Assembly (NCBI GenBank): GCA_964019335.1
Contig: OZ025648.1
Location: 868,001-932,000 of the forward strand
From: Diplonema japonicum
Taxonomy: Eukaryota; Protista; Euglenozoa: Diplonemea
Direction: 5' to 3'
DNA length: 64,000 nucleotides
This document shows, piece after piece, positions 1-13,355 of this stretch. How positions within the stretch are numbered: position 1 is the first letter of the stretch; each line of letters begins with the position of its first letter. Under the pieces are notes generated by a model that worked only from the letters and a program-made list of their open reading frames with translations, was not told the origin of the DNA and searched no databases. A program made the translations under genes and the position numbers.

Positions 1-534
1 CCTCATGCAGCTTGACACGAACTCGTATGGATGAAAACAAAAAAAAAAACAAACAAAAAAAAAAAGGTACGGTGTTGCAATGGCGGGCAGTATCACCCAC
101 CCGCAGTTGGCCCCCAGTGAGTCATTTGCGACCCTGATCCCGTTGACGGTGAACCCGGCGAGTGCGGATAAAAAGGGGGAGCAGCATCTTAAGGTGGCGT
201 TGAAGACGTCAGCAGGTGTTGGTTTCGGTCAGGCGATATGCCCATTGGATTTCATATGCCTGCCCGGAAGCGGTCTGAGCAAGGAAGACTTTCTCTCTGT
301 GTGGAAGGGGATCCAAGACGAGAAGCAGTTCGCACTCAACACCAACGTGCAGGCGACCGTCGACTCCGCCCTGCGCGGTGCGGGGTACAACTTCATAACC
401 TGCCGATCGGACCCTTCCACTGATGGCCTCAACGCTATGCAAGATCACTACTACTACAGTGTCTGCACGCTGACGGGGCATCAAATTGTTTTCGAAGTTG
501 CTTTCAGCTCGCTCTCGCACGCTTGCATGGTATG

Positions 535-572
<38 letters not shown>

Positions 573-646
573 TTTCGATCCGTTCGCAAGCATCCAACTA
601 CTCCGAGCTTGTTCAACAGCACATCCTTGGGCTGCAGATTGTGTGA
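1..646 (+). CDS. AP-1/AP-2 complex beta-adaptin, C-terminal appendage (5'-partial)
   Basis: Spliced translation LMQLDTNS/YGVAMAGSITHPQLAPSESFATLIPL...FLSVWKGI...HACM/VSIRSQASNYSELVQQHILGLQIV* resembles the beta-adaptin appendage (QFNKNSFG...LxPG...FLxxWKxI). Introns 25-66 and 530-571; TGA ends 646. Confidence 0.75.
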
Positions 647-1138
647 ATTTGAAAAGAAAAAAAGGGGGGGGGGAAAGGGAGAGGGTATATATATAAAAAA
701 GGATTCGTGGGAAGGGTTTTTTTTTTTTTTTTTTCCCCTTTCTCTTTTCTTTTTTTTTAAAAGTAATCTGGTATGAAATAGATCCCCCCCCCCCCCCATT
801 TGGTGGGACCCTGTCTTTTTTTTTTCTTTCTTTCTTTTTTTTTAAAAAAAAAACTCTACACGCAATTTCTTTTTAAAGAAAAGGATTTCTGAGGGGAAAA
901 AAAAAAAGCAACACAAATCCTTTGTTCGGGATGGGGAGGGGTAGCCGCCATTAGGCGTTGTTATAAAAAGAAATTACTCTATCGATGTGTTTTTTTCTTC
1001 TTCTTTTCCTTCTTCTTTTTTTTTTCCAGTGTCTTTGTGCCCATAACCCCCCATTTTTTTTTTTTTTTCCCCCAGCTTGCTATTTATTGGATTTTTGTTT
1101 TGGGGAATAACAACGCACACAAATCTAGAGAGACTCCA

Positions 1139-1180
<42 letters not shown>

Positions 1181-1545
1181 ATGTTGCCCCGAATGGACAC
1201 GCTTTTTGTCCTTTCCCTGTGGGTTATTGGGGTTGTGAGTAACACAGGTGTTATGCTGGAGTCGGAGGGCGCGAAATTTCTGTCTAATAACAACACCCCT
1301 ATTACAAACAGCACCCCTTTTGCAACCCCTTCTGAAGATGGCGGGGATGACAGTGGGATGTCGATGGGTGTAAAGGTATGCCCCCCCCCCCACCCCACCC
1401 CCACGATCTCGTCACACAGGTGGTGATATTCCTGATAACGTATTTCCTCGCAATCGGCATGGGCATAGGAGGGGTCAAGGGCTACCGCCACGCACAGGGC
1501 GATAGCGAAACTGGCATGAAGAAATGGTTTTCCTTCGCGAAATAG
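1181..1545 (+). CDS. small type I membrane protein (signal peptide, S/T/D-rich stalk, TM, short tail)
   Basis: ATG after A-tract. Removing intron 1376-1419 (GTATG...CAG) joins ...MSMGVK to hydrophobic VVIFLITYFLAIGMGIGGV and then TAG at 1545. Confidence 0.6.
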
Positions 1546-1722
1546 ATACATCTTTTTTTTTTTTTTTTTTTTTTTTTAAGGGTGGTCCTCGAGTGGGATT
1601 TGCCCTTAAACATCGCCTTTTTTTTATCCTTCCTTTCTTTCCTCCTTTTTTTTTTTCTTTCCTTTCCTCTTTCCCCTCCCCCCTCCCCTAATTCCCATAC
1701 ACACTCCAGGACAAAAAAAAAA

Positions 1723-2551
1723 ATGTCCCGTCTTGCTCGCAAACTGGAAGCGTTAAAGTGCCCCTACACCTGGTCTGATGAAAACATCACTATTGGTAAG
1801 ATACGAGAGATGGTAATTTGGCTTGAAGACACGAAAATCAGGTGGCTCCCTGTCGAGGAAAGAGCGGGGCTGAGGACGGACGACGAGCGAGAATGGCTGC
1901 AAGCGTTCCTGAGATACTGCCAAGAGATTGGCTACACGAAGTCTTTCGGGATAGGGCTGGGTCTGGACTACGCCTCGGAACCGTCGTTTAGACAGTGTTT
2001 AGATTGGGTGGTGGGGAAGGCTGTGAGGTTCAGCTTTACAGACAACCATTCCAAATTCAACGAGGGACACGAAAAGTACAGAAGCATGGGGATGTGCAAT
2101 GTGACGAAAATTCAAGAAAGTGCAGGCGATGAGGATATTCAAAAATATGATGTTTCCGACACGGAGGGAATGACAGAAATTTGTACACGGGTTCTTAACA
2201 GCTTGAAGCTCCCTGAAGATACCGATCTTGAAACAGGGCTTTTCACCATTGCAAGGCTGTGCAACGATGCGTGTTCTTTCCTTGACCACAATCGGCCCAC
2301 CGCCCCTCCTTCTGTTGACGAAATGCTTAGTCACCTTCCCACAGAGCACGCCAAGAACCCAAAACTTGAAAAAATCTTGAAGCTGCTCCGCACGCTCTTC
2401 GTCTCTGACGCGAGAGAGCTCCAAAACAGAATATCTGAAATTATCTGCGAGCTGCAAGGGGTTACACACAATATTAAAACAGACGTCAGGTATGTAAAGA
2501 ATAATAATCACGTTACTTTCTCTTTACAGCGCCGGGGTTGTAGGGAGTTAA
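1723..2551 (+). CDS. RTRAF: RNA transcription, translation and transport factor (C14orf166/CGI-99, RLL-motif; tRNA-ligase complex subunit)
   Basis: RKLEALKC..., VIWLEDTKIRW..EERAGLR and C-terminal RELQNRISEII.ELQ....KTD match the family. Intron 2490-2529 gives KTDVSAGVVGS*, like human KTDHRLGKVGR*. Confidence 0.85.
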
Positions 2552-2847
2552 ATGGAGGGGGGGGGGGGGGGGGGGGGGGAATCTTGCACTTCTTCATCTC
2601 TCTCTTTGCAAAACGAACTTTTTTTGGGGGGTATTATGTTTTTTTTTACTTATTAGGAATATCGGAATTAAAAAAAGAAAAAGAGGGGGGGGAAAAAAAA
2701 CACCATGTCAGAAAACAGACAGTGTTGTGGACATTATGTTTGATGGTTTTTTCTTTCGCATCCCCCCCCCCCCCCCCCCCCACCTTGAACCACAAAGTAT
2801 AAAAACGAAGAGGAAGGGGGTTGGGGGAGAGGGCAAAACCCTGCAAA

Positions 2848-3558
2848 ATGCCTCATGTACTTGTGCCCATTGAGGATTTAGCAAGCGTGCAGGACTCGAA
2901 TGGAGCTGTACAGCAATGGCTGGATAGAGGGGCCTCAGCAACGCCTTCTGAAAAGAACAACAATGACACGAATAAAATGTTGGAACGGCACTTCACAACA
3001 GTGTGCAGGAGGAAGGAAAAGCTTGTGAAGGAAAAGGTGAGAAGGGTGAACGGCGTCAAGGTCATCGGCGGGCCGATAGACATCCTCGACCGATCCGGTA
3101 CCGCCACCAGCAGCTCACAGAAGTCAAAAAAAATCCGGTTGAGAGAAGGAGTCGCGAGGACAACCGGAGTCGAAGATGTAAGCTTCCCAACAACAGACGG
3201 GACACAAAGCCCCCTACCCCCCGTTTCAAAAAGACAGTCCCCTTCACCACCTTGCGATTTATGGTTTGATTTCACGTATCTTGACGATGCTGAATCGTCA
3301 ATTCCACCGAAACTGGTTCAATCATCACGGCCGCAGTGGAATTCCACTACTATTATTCATAGTGGGGTGCGGGGGGCGCTTCGCGCCCCCCGCATCGCTC
3401 CACTCCCTAAACACACCATCTCGTCTTCTCAAACAATTACCAACGCGCAACAATGGATGACCTTCAGGCAAACGCATGATAGTGCCGCGCAATCACTGAA
3501 CCTGCTAGCATCGGCGGTTACTGTGATGAGAAAACAAACAAAGTTGGGGAGCAGATAA
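2848..3558 (+). CDS. hypothetical protein
   Basis: Homopolymer-free open frame between spacer tracts; no recognised domain. Confidence 0.6.
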   Translation: MPHVLVPIEDLASVQDSNGAVQQWLDRGASATPSEKNNNDTNKMLERHFTTVCRRKEKLVKEKVRRVNGVKVIGGPIDILDRSGTATSSSQKSKKIRLREGVARTTGVEDVSFPTTDGTQSPLPPVSKRQSPSPPCDLWFDFTYLDDAESSIPPKLVQSSRPQWNSTTIIHSGVRGALRAPRIAPLPKHTISSSQTITNAQQWMTFRQTHDSAAQSLNLLASAVTVMRKQTKLGSR

Positions 3559-3630
3559 ACTTTTTCTTTTCCAAGAAAAAAAAAAAGGTTTTTTTTTCAT
3601 CCCTGCCTCAAATAACAAGTATAGTAAGAA

Positions 3631-4242
3631 ATGCTCCGCTGGACTGGCGGTACGCGTGCAGAGCTTTCCAAAAGGCACGCCTTGGACAGCTTGGTTAACG
3701 ACAAACAGGTTGGCATGGGAAGGGCCCTGCGTGTTGAGGTTGTCGAACCCATAGAAGCCGCTTCGAGCAATGGGAGGTCGCTGAACAGAAACGGGTCGAG
3801 GAAGAGGAAGGAAGAGAATCTCGACATTCTGTCGATGTTCCCACCTAAGCCGAAGAAGCGCAAGCACCAAGTGCTGAAGCCTATCAGGAGCAACGCCGAG
3901 GAAGATATGTGTGAAGGGCCAATAACAGCCTTCCGCGAGGCTATCAGCTTGATCAAAGGTAGAAAGCCATCGAGGAAACAGGAAACCAACGCCGACTTAC
4001 AGTTCGGCTCAAACATCTACCACACACCAGGGATGAAGGCCTCGAACCCTGTCTCGCCTTCTTCTTTGTCCCTAGCCTCGTGGGAAACAACGCCACCATC
4101 TTTGTCCCCTGCCGCCCCGCAGTACATGACTGGTACTACAGATGACGGACTTATTGATAGACTTATCACAAATATACCAAGCATGCAGGACAGCAGCTCC
4201 GACCCACCGTCGCGTCCTGTTTCGCCTGACTGGTTTTGTTGA
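3631..4242 (+). CDS. hypothetical protein (basic, NLS-like PKPKKRKH)
   Basis: 203-aa ORF with coding-like composition between T-rich spacers. Confidence 0.6.
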   Translation: MLRWTGGTRAELSKRHALDSLVNDKQVGMGRALRVEVVEPIEAASSNGRSLNRNGSRKRKEENLDILSMFPPKPKKRKHQVLKPIRSNAEEDMCEGPITAFREAISLIKGRKPSRKQETNADLQFGSNIYHTPGMKASNPVSPSSLSLASWETTPPSLSPAAPQYMTGTTDDGLIDRLITNIPSMQDSSSDPPSRPVSPDWFC

Positions 4243-4359
4243 GCTATCGAACGGTGTAATTACTTATGCCATCAATCTTCCATTATTTTCTTTTTATTCT
4301 CTTTCTTTTATTGGGGGCTTTTTTTTTGTTCTTTCACAGTGGGCCCTCCGGGTGGCAAG

Positions 4360-7300
4360 ATGTCGCAAGACGATGAGATGGAGGAAGAGGTGTACCCCAT
4401 CAACCTCGACATCGTGCGGTTCAGCTTGCACGCCTTCCACAACACTTTTAAGACTGACATGTCCAACGTGGACGCCATGTCTAGGACAATCATGCAGAAG
4501 GACTACCCTCGAGAGTCATGGAAGAGGGCCTTCAAGATGTTGTGCGGCATGAACGAGGACGCTGATCTGGAAAACTGGTCTGACCTGGGGTTCTCTGTGG
4601 GCGTGCAGGACTACAGGTTCAGGAACTTCTTCGCAGCCGTAGACCCTGAGCACGTTGATGACATCGAAAAGAATACAAGTCTCGCCTTGGACGAGACCCT
4701 GGACAGCAAAAGGGATATTCTGACGTGCATTGACGAAGTGACAGAAGAGCTTTGCCGGAAGTATCCCCTCGCTGTTTATGAGGACTGGGCAGGGGACTTC
4801 CCTCGGGCTCTTGAGGAGGGGCCTTTCATGGACGAAACCGGCGAAATTGTCAGACAACTCCCCCCTCCACCGCCCCCGCAGGACCCTGTTAAGGAACACG
4901 AACCCGAACCTGAACCTGAACAAGAGGATGAAGAAGAGCCTTACACTGAGACACCCGAGTTAAAACGAAGGTGGCTGCATTACTTCTACGACCTCCCTTC
5001 CGTCGCGTCATCGGGGCCTGCTGACGAGAAGAGAATCGAGTCCCTCTCTGAAGACCCTCGCCCCACCGTCGAGATCCTCACCGAGCTGGCCATTCAATAT
5101 AACGTCCCCGACGATGAGAAGTGGGAATACGAAAAGCGGCTGCGAAACAGCGCGGAGGACATCAAGAACGACTACGAGTTAAGGGTGCAAGAGTTCTTCA
5201 GCACTCACGCCCCCGATGCAAGGTCGCCGGATGCCGTCGCGGGCCACGTAGAGTACGTGATAAAGAATGACCTGTATGACAAGGAGTTCTGGCCTGCACT
5301 TTACTTGAAACACGGAGTGGACCCGAAGAAGGTATGGCCTGGCTCACGGCTACCAGGGGCACCCTTGCCAAGGGCTCCTGACGAGGGTGCTAAGAAGAAG
5401 AAGAAGAACTCGAAATCTTCGAGCTCGTCGTCAAGCTCACACCACACGAAGGAGAGCGTGAAAAAGAGGAAGGACAGCACATTGTCTGCCCGGGGGCATG
5501 CTGCGGCGCCTCTGCCAAGATCACCGCCTCGGAACCCATCTCAGCCACCCTCGCTGCCGCCTTCAGTAGTGCAGCAACCACTGCCCAGGTCGCGTCGTTC
5601 AAGCATGGCCGGTGACAACCTAGACCGCCCGCTTCCCCTATCCCGCAAGAGCAGCGCGGCTTCTCATGCGAGCAAAGCATCTCTCTACAGCACGCTCTGC
5701 ATCCCAGGTGTCTTTGCGTTCCGCTCTTTGAACTTCTCTGATATCAAGAATCCCGAGTCCTTAGAGCGTCTCGAAGCAGCTGCCAAGTGGGACATCTCTA
5801 AAGCCTTCTCGCACGACGACGTGGTCGTCGACAGCATGAAGGGGGCTCCCCTGTGCCTTGAGTTCCATCTGCGCGCGAGCAGCGACAAAGCCAAACACAT
5901 CCACGCCTTTGCAAACGATGCGCTGCAGAAGATGGGGATCACTTTCCCGAGTTTATCACAGGAGTACAGGCAGCTCACAGGAGTCGAGCCCAACATGAAC
6001 ATCGACTACGTGAGGACTGTGGTGCGACCGCCGATTTCTATTGAAGCGCACCAAGAAAACATAAAGCGTGGTGGCAGGGAGGAGTTGAAAGAGAAGCTAG
6101 AGTTCTTCCATGTGAAACACGCACCTGCAGAGGACTTCAAGAACGTGGACGCGCTGATGAAACAGTCGCAACTGGACGAAGAAGGCCTGTTCACAGCTCT
6201 GTATTCGCGATATGGGTTGGGTACGTATGACGGCCGCTACAGCGGTGCCGACTGGAAAGGGCGAGATGCAGGCAGCTCACAGCAGCCAGTGGCCTCGGAC
6301 GACGAGCGGCTGCGCAGGCGCTTGACGGATTTCTACATGACACACAACCCCTCTGAACTGTACAAGGTCGAGCTGGCCATGCAAGCAGGCCTGTCCGAGG
6401 ATGTTCTTTTTGCCCGTTTGCACAAAAGGTACGGAATCATGATGTCTGATGTGCAAACACCCTCTGCTACACCGCCAGTGGTCTCGGCAGCACCTATTAT
6501 GGGGCTGCACCAGACAAACGAGGACATTGCCCGCAAGGAGCGCAGCCTCTTTGAGGAGGCAGCAAACCTCGAAACACGAGAACGCATCCTTTTAGAGCGC
6601 GAACGTGCCATGGAGAGGGCCAACGACGAACGATTGCGGGTGGCACAGACACGTGACGATGCCCTGCGGGACTGGGAACGGCAGCTGCAGGCAAGGGACG
6701 ACAACGTGAGGCAGAGGGAGCAGGCCGCCATGCAGCGGGAAATGGTACTCGAGCAAAGCAAGTACAACCAGCCTCATGAACCGTCAGAGCTATCTGCTTA
6801 CAAGGAAAGGGAGATGCGTTTGGAAGATCGGGAGAACCGGCTACAAACGAGGTGGAGAGACGTAGCCGAGAAGGAGATACATGTTGCAGAGAAGGAAGCT
6901 GTAGTACGTGCGCAACAAGATACACTAGAAAGGGAGCAGCGCAACCTGAAACACTCTCGATCGATTTCGCCCACGCTTGAGCGCTCGAAGGTCTATGAAC
7001 AGGAGGAGAAACTGCGACGCCTGGGGGACAGGCTAGACAAGCAGCTGAAGCAAGTAAAAGAGAAGGAGGAGGAACTTCGGAACAAAGAGTACGCGCTCAT
7101 TGAGAAGGACTCAACGATGAAGATGGTTTCCATGCAGTCGCCGGGTAGGGCTGCTGCGGACAGCATCATCGCCGAGCAGCTGAGGGCACTGGAAGAACGT
7201 GAAAAGGCAATAACCGCAAAGGAGATTGCTCACATAACGTCCACACTACGCAACAGCAATGACAACTCGAAAGAGCAAATGCTGGACGCGCGTGAGAAAC

Positions 7301-8542
7301 AGCTCGACGATCGTGCCACCATGCTAACAAGAAGGGAGAGCGATCTGGAACACGCCACCCTGATGCACGAGGAAGATGTGAAGCTCCGAGAGTCACGGCT
7401 GCAGGATAGAACAATCCGCTTAGAGGCCCGCGAACAAGACCTCATGGAGCAGACAGCAGCGGCAGATGCAAAGGAGCGTAGAATGCTCCTCGGAGAGCAG
7501 AGCGCAGCGATATCACTCAAAACACGAGAATTCGAGGAACGAGCACGCGAGCTCGAGATGAGAGAGCGCCTTTTGCAAAGCAGAGAAACGGCAATAAAAC
7601 AGAAAGAGCAACAGGTATGTCATTACTACCATTATACACTTATCACTTATCTTTGCAGCTCGTTGAGTCGGAGCACGATAAACTAGCCGCGATATCTGCC
7701 GAAATGGCGGCGATGGCAGAACGGGAAAGGCTTCTGACGGCCGGAGAGGACGAGCTGCGGAGGATGAGTTACGAAGACGAAGACAAACGCAAACAGCTGA
7801 TAATGTCACAAGAGGAACTGACGAAAAATGCCAGGAGACTCGAGGAGCGTGAGCGGGACCAGGACAGAAGAGAGGTATGACCCTTTGAAATAATATAAAA
7901 AAAAAAACAAACCGAACAACAAAACAGGCACAACTCGCTACTTCAATAGACGAGGTTGGTAAAAAGGAAATCTTATGCAGAGCAGATGCTGATGAGATCC
8001 GGCGTCTTGAGGAAAGAATTAGAGAACTACAAGTCGATGCCGAAAGGAGACATCAAGGCGTCAGCGTGCAGGAAAGAGAATTGAGGGAACGCGAGGAGAA
8101 GCTGATAATGCAGGAAGCCATGGTCGAGGAACACGAGAGGATACTGAAAAGGAAAACGGAACAGCAAGAGAAGAAGCAACGGCACATGGAAGACATGGAA
8201 GCCTCCTTCAAGCGAAAGGAAGAGCTGGTCGCGCAGACCCTCCGTGAGATCGACAGGAAAGACGAACAAGAAGAGAGGCTGCACCACAGGCTGAGCAGTT
8301 TGAAAGAACGTGAAGACAGGCTGTTAGAACGAGAATCCCGCGTCTACACCGCCACACCCCCTCGTGCCCCCAAGTACTCTCATTACGCCGGTACTATCTC
8401 TCCTACTCGAAAACTCCCTGTTTCTGGTGGGTACACTTCCAGCATACAAGCTGATCTGGACTCGATTAGGGACAGCTTGGCCTCATTGACACCGCGTGAC
8501 GCTCCTTTTTCTGATTTAGTCTCGCCGAGGCTGCGGCATTAG
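4360..8542 (+). CDS. large coiled-coil protein with repeated ~45-aa 'RLxxFYxxHxP...LFxxLxxRYG' domains
   Basis: ATG 4360 follows TTTTCTTTCACAG. Introns 7615-7658 and 7875-7927 join the 4339, 7617 and 8066 ORFs in frame. Long E/R/K/Q heptad region. Confidence 0.8.
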
Positions 8543-8889
8543 AGACGACAACCTATAAGAAAAAAATAGATATGGCCTGTGCCGTCCTAGTTAGATGTCC
8601 CCCTCTTCCCTCGAACTTGGACACGGTTATTATGAACATAATATTTTTTTTTTCTCTTCCTCTTTTCTTTTTTTCTTTCTTTCTTTCTTTCTTTTCTGAA
8701 CTGCTAAAAAAAAAAAAAGAGAATATTAATGTACACTTCCCAATTTGTTCTATTTAGATTCCTCCCCCCCCCCCCCCCCCCGCTCTTCTCCCCCCTCTTT
8801 GTCGTGTATTTCTTTGTTTGTTAAAAAATATTTTTTTCTGACGGTTGTTGAATTCTACCAGAAACAAAGGAAAGGTGGCATGTGATGGA

Positions 8890-11800
8890 ATGAGTTCGCT
8901 TACACGGGAGAAGCCACGGGTGTTCGTGTATGATGAACACGATTCATGGCCGCTCATTGAGGGGCAGGTTGCGAATCCTGCGGAAGGGTTCTACATGGTG
9001 ACGATGCCCAACAACGGTAAGAAGTACAGCATCAAGAGACTGAATTTCAACTTCGACAGCGGGTCAGTACCGAGCCCCGGGACCAAGCCCCACCTACACC
9101 CTTACCTGCACATTAAGGTTATTAATGTAGATATCGTTAGAGACTCGAAAGACCTTCGCACAAAATTAGAAACATGGGTGCATAGCCTTTACGGGGCAGA
9201 ATATCTTGTAATCCTTGTCCACCCTACTCTGGTTCAGCATAGGGAACACACTCCTAAGGAAGCAAAAGGCGGTGTTGTTGAAGCGTTGTTTTCAAAGAAG
9301 AATCCTGTCGATGCTGCCCGGCAAAGGATACAAGACATGGATTCCAAGCTGCGGGAGAAGTTCCGCACATTCTGCTGGGGCACGAGGGAAGCGGCAGAGG
9401 TCCCCACGGAGATACGGAAGCTCGTCTTCGCAACTTTCGACGCAAGACTTCAAAACTGCTTCAGAAACGCGAACGACCTGAAAAAAGACTGGGACAACAA
9501 CCCGAAGCTCTGCCCTTACATCGCCATCATCGACGAGATAGGCATGATCCTTCTACAGTTCGGCATGCGTGACGAAGCAGCCTGCACCTACGGCACACTG
9601 ACAAGGGAACTAGAAGACATGCACTTCCCCAACCCTGTCTTCGGTCTCTCCTTCGGCGACAAGGTCATCGACCCAATGTATGTACCAGACGCGAGTAAGG
9701 TGGCACAGCTGTTCCTGCTAGACCAAACACGGCGGGAGGATATTACATCATCACTGCGATCGGCCTCAGGGCAGCTCAGCGAAGTGGAGGTACGGGTGTT
9801 CATCTTTGTGAGCCAATGCACATGCTGGATGCCACCCAGCAAAAAAACCCCGAAGAAACTAAAGGAGAAATTCGAGCAGTGGCTGCAAGGTTTGGTGGAG
9901 CTCATGGAAAGAAGGAACATCCCTGCCCCGAACATAGAGGCCACCAAGTACACGATACAGATCTCCTTCTCTCAAATGGTCACATCGTGGGAGAGGAAGA
10001 AGCACGCGAGAAGCGATTCTTCACAAATCGACCTTGACCTGTCGGGTACCGTCACAGGTGAGACATCGCCGATACAATGCACGAGCCCCAAAACACAAGA
10101 AGCACCAACGTTTCAAATACACGAACCAGATGCCATCTCCGAAGCGGGCGTCCCTGGCCTAAACAACATGCATCACCTAGCAGCCGGCGGATTGGGAGGA
10201 ACATGGGGAAGCCCTGCACCATCCTCAGGCCAGTCACTGGTCGGAGACACAGCTGCCTTCTTTGACTCAACGAACAGGTACGAGTATACATCGATGAGAC
10301 ACGCTATCGAATGCACGCATATTGAAGTGCTTCTTGAGGCACGGGTCTCGTTCCTGAACCTTGGAAGGTACTTCAACTTAAAGATCCCCCGCAACGTGAC
10401 ACCAGACGACGTAGGGGAGGAGATCTTCACCGACCCGTCCGAGCTTTCCTTCACTGTGCAGGACGAGGGAGCCCCCTTCAACATGGAGGGTCTCAAGAGC
10501 CAGAAGGAGTTCGAGGAACATTACATCGCACTCACATTACACAACATGAGAGGATGCAAAGGCCACCTCATGCGCGGGCTAGAATGGGACGTTGCCCCCG
10601 CACTGGTTTCAAGGGGTTACCTCTCAGTGGCGTACGATCTCATCCGATCGCAAGCCGAGTACTACGCAGCACTGAAATGGGTGGATTTATCTATAAGAGC
10701 GAGAAGACTGGCCTTGGTGTGCCTCGCTGCCATGAAAGATGAGTACTCCACGGCATGGATCTCAACAGCGCTGTCGGTGATCTCAGAGTCGGAAAAAAAA
10801 ATTTGCAAAGAAGAAAAAATTGTACTGTGGAACTCATTGAAAACCAGGTTGGCACACATACCGAAAGGCCACGAGTTCCCTTTGCTGTCTCTTGCACGGA
10901 TAGAATCGATCAAAGTCGTGGAACAAGCAAGGCTTGTGAAGCTCAAAATCCAGTTCAAGATCAACGCGCCTTCCGAAGGTGTCATCGACGACCTCAGCAT
11001 GAAGCTCATGGAAATACCTGCGGTAGACGAGGCCTCTCGAAAATACGCATCGTTCGAAGCATCGCTGTCAGGACTATCCTTCACAGGCAACGAAGAGAGC
11101 CTCGAAGCCACTCTCGTAGGAGAACCCCTCCAACCGGGAGACTACAAAATAACGCTTATGACGATCAGTGTAGAAGGCATGGTGTTGCGACAATCTCTCT
11201 CAGAAGAGGAATGCATACTTATCGACCAGACCCTCATGACAGGAACCGAAGAGGAGTCGAAACTGACTAAAATCACCGATAAAATCACGGTCCATGTTGA
11301 TAAACTAGAACCCCTTGTGAAACTGTCCATAGAAAGAGGCGTTCACCCTGTAGAACACATGTTTGAAGGATCGTGTGAAGCGGCTGTGTTAACCATGAAG
11401 ATCAACGGTGAGCTCCCTGAACTGAAGGAATGGGAAGGGCTGTCGACATCAGAGTCCCCTAAAGGGCTTCCGAGCAAAACCTTCAGCGGAGACGAGTTAG
11501 CCATGACGCACGACAGCTGTGTTACCGCTCCTCAGGTGGTTAGTTTGCCTGACGTGACACCCCCTGATGGCTGTGTCGGGTACCTCACCTTCGACACTCA
11601 GGACGAGCACAATGCTGTCATCGACTACTTCGACACTACTGGCTGTGATGACAAATCGATCCCTTTGATGATCACGTCGCGTGATGGGCACTCCATGTCC
11701 TTTGTACCTCCGGAGGCGGCTGTCCTCTCTTCAGACAGCGTACACACTGTGCCAATAGACGGCCTGCGTTCGACCTTTGCTGTTGTTCCTAAAGACACAG

Positions 11801-12334
11801 CGACCAACACAGCGGGAGGGGAGTGGAAAATCCGGATCCCTGTGAACCCAGTTTTGTGCGGGAGGAAGCTCGGCGTGAGTTTTCTTCACACGCTGCCTCA
11901 GATGGTTGTGGTATGGCAGAAAAAAAAAGGAAAAAAAAAAACACAAAAAAATAGGAGTCCCCTGTCTTGGCATCTACATGCGTTCTCCCGGTTCCTTTCA
12001 CGATGCCGTTTAAGGTCTGCATGCACGCGAGACCGGACGAGACACGAGTTTTTGCCAATGTATGTGAACAAAAAAAAAAAACTTTTTTTTTTTTAAACAA
12101 ACATAAAAGGCAATGTTCGAGAACCAGCTTCCCTTCAAAGTCAGACTTCTCTCCATCGAACCTGTCATGCCCGACAGCGAGCCCTACGGCAGTGTCGGCG
12201 ACAATCGCTACGAGGTGGTGAGGAACAAAACGTGTGCTGGGATCGTACTGGGCCCGAAGGAGGGCTATGCCAAGGCCCTGTCCTTGCAGTGTGGGAAGAA
12301 TGAGGTAGCTAGCAAGATGTGCGAGTATGAAACC

Positions 12335-12370
<36 letters not shown>

Positions 12371-12852
12371 ACAGAGTTGCCATGAGGGTGAAGTATCAGA
12401 GTGCTGAAGAGTCTGATGAGACAAAATCTGTTAACACGTTCGAGACGTTCCCTGTAAGGTGGCTCCCGCCCGTCCCTCCACGTGCTACCGTTTACGTAAC
12501 TATGGCGGACTTTGCGGAGCCGTTGCTTCTCACTAAGACTGTTGCCTTCAACATAACTATTACCCATAACGGTCGACCTGAGGACAGTCCTCTCCACCTT
12601 TGGTCTGTTGTCGTTTTCCCTCTCGACGATTGGTTTGTGGTCGGCCCCTGCAGAAAGCTCATCACATTAACTACCGAATCCCCGACAGTTTCCTTCCCTG
12701 TGCACATGACGCCGATTACCACCGGGAATCTCGGGACCCTCTCGGTCAGGCTCACCTCGCGGACCCAGCATGGAATGAGCTCACTTCCTGACCAAGAAAT
12801 CCCCATCCGGTTGGTACAGTCTCAGGCAAGGGTCATGGTTGTCAATGGATGA
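8890..12852 (+). CDS. TRAPPC10: TRAPP II complex subunit TRAPPC10/Trs130-like
   Basis: N-terminal HPYLHI.....D...K...L.TW and CPYIAIIDEIGMILLQFGMRDEA..Y; C-terminal DWFVVG...VHMTPITTGNL..LSVRL. Introns 11911-11954, 12060-12109, 12325-12374. Confidence 0.7.
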
Positions 12853-13355
12853 ACCGGGACAAAAAAAAAAAAAAAAAATGGGCGCAGGGGGGAGGGTGAA
12901 CGAAAAAAAAAAGGGAAAAAAAAAAAGAAGAAAAAAAAGTGTAGTTTCTCCACAAAAAAGTTTTTTTTTCCCCCTTGTTTTTTTTCTTTCGACATCACGC
13001 CAATCTATACAAAACCCCCAAAAAAGAAAATGAGGCCAATTGACACTTTCGTTCCGTATTTGACGTACATGAGCTTTAGGGTCAAAAAATCAGGTTTTTA
13101 GCAACTCACTACTAGAAGGTGGCTGAAGTGTTGCTCATTACCCTTCTTTGCAACAAGTTAACGTACTCTTTCTTTGGGCACTTCCATCGGATCGCATCTA
13201 TGATATATTCTCCCTCCGAAGTCCGAAACACCGAACCGCAGTTCCACTTGACCCCAGCGGGAAAAAAAAAAAAAAAAAAAAAAAAATATTATTTTAGGAG
13301 AGGGGTTGGGGGGAGGGGACACACACATACCTTTATATAAAAAAAAAAAAAGAAA

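Noticed and set aside
13030-13260. ncRNA or MITE upstream of CK1
   Set aside because: Only a 7-bp IR (GGGTCAA/TTGACCC) and no second copy in the window.
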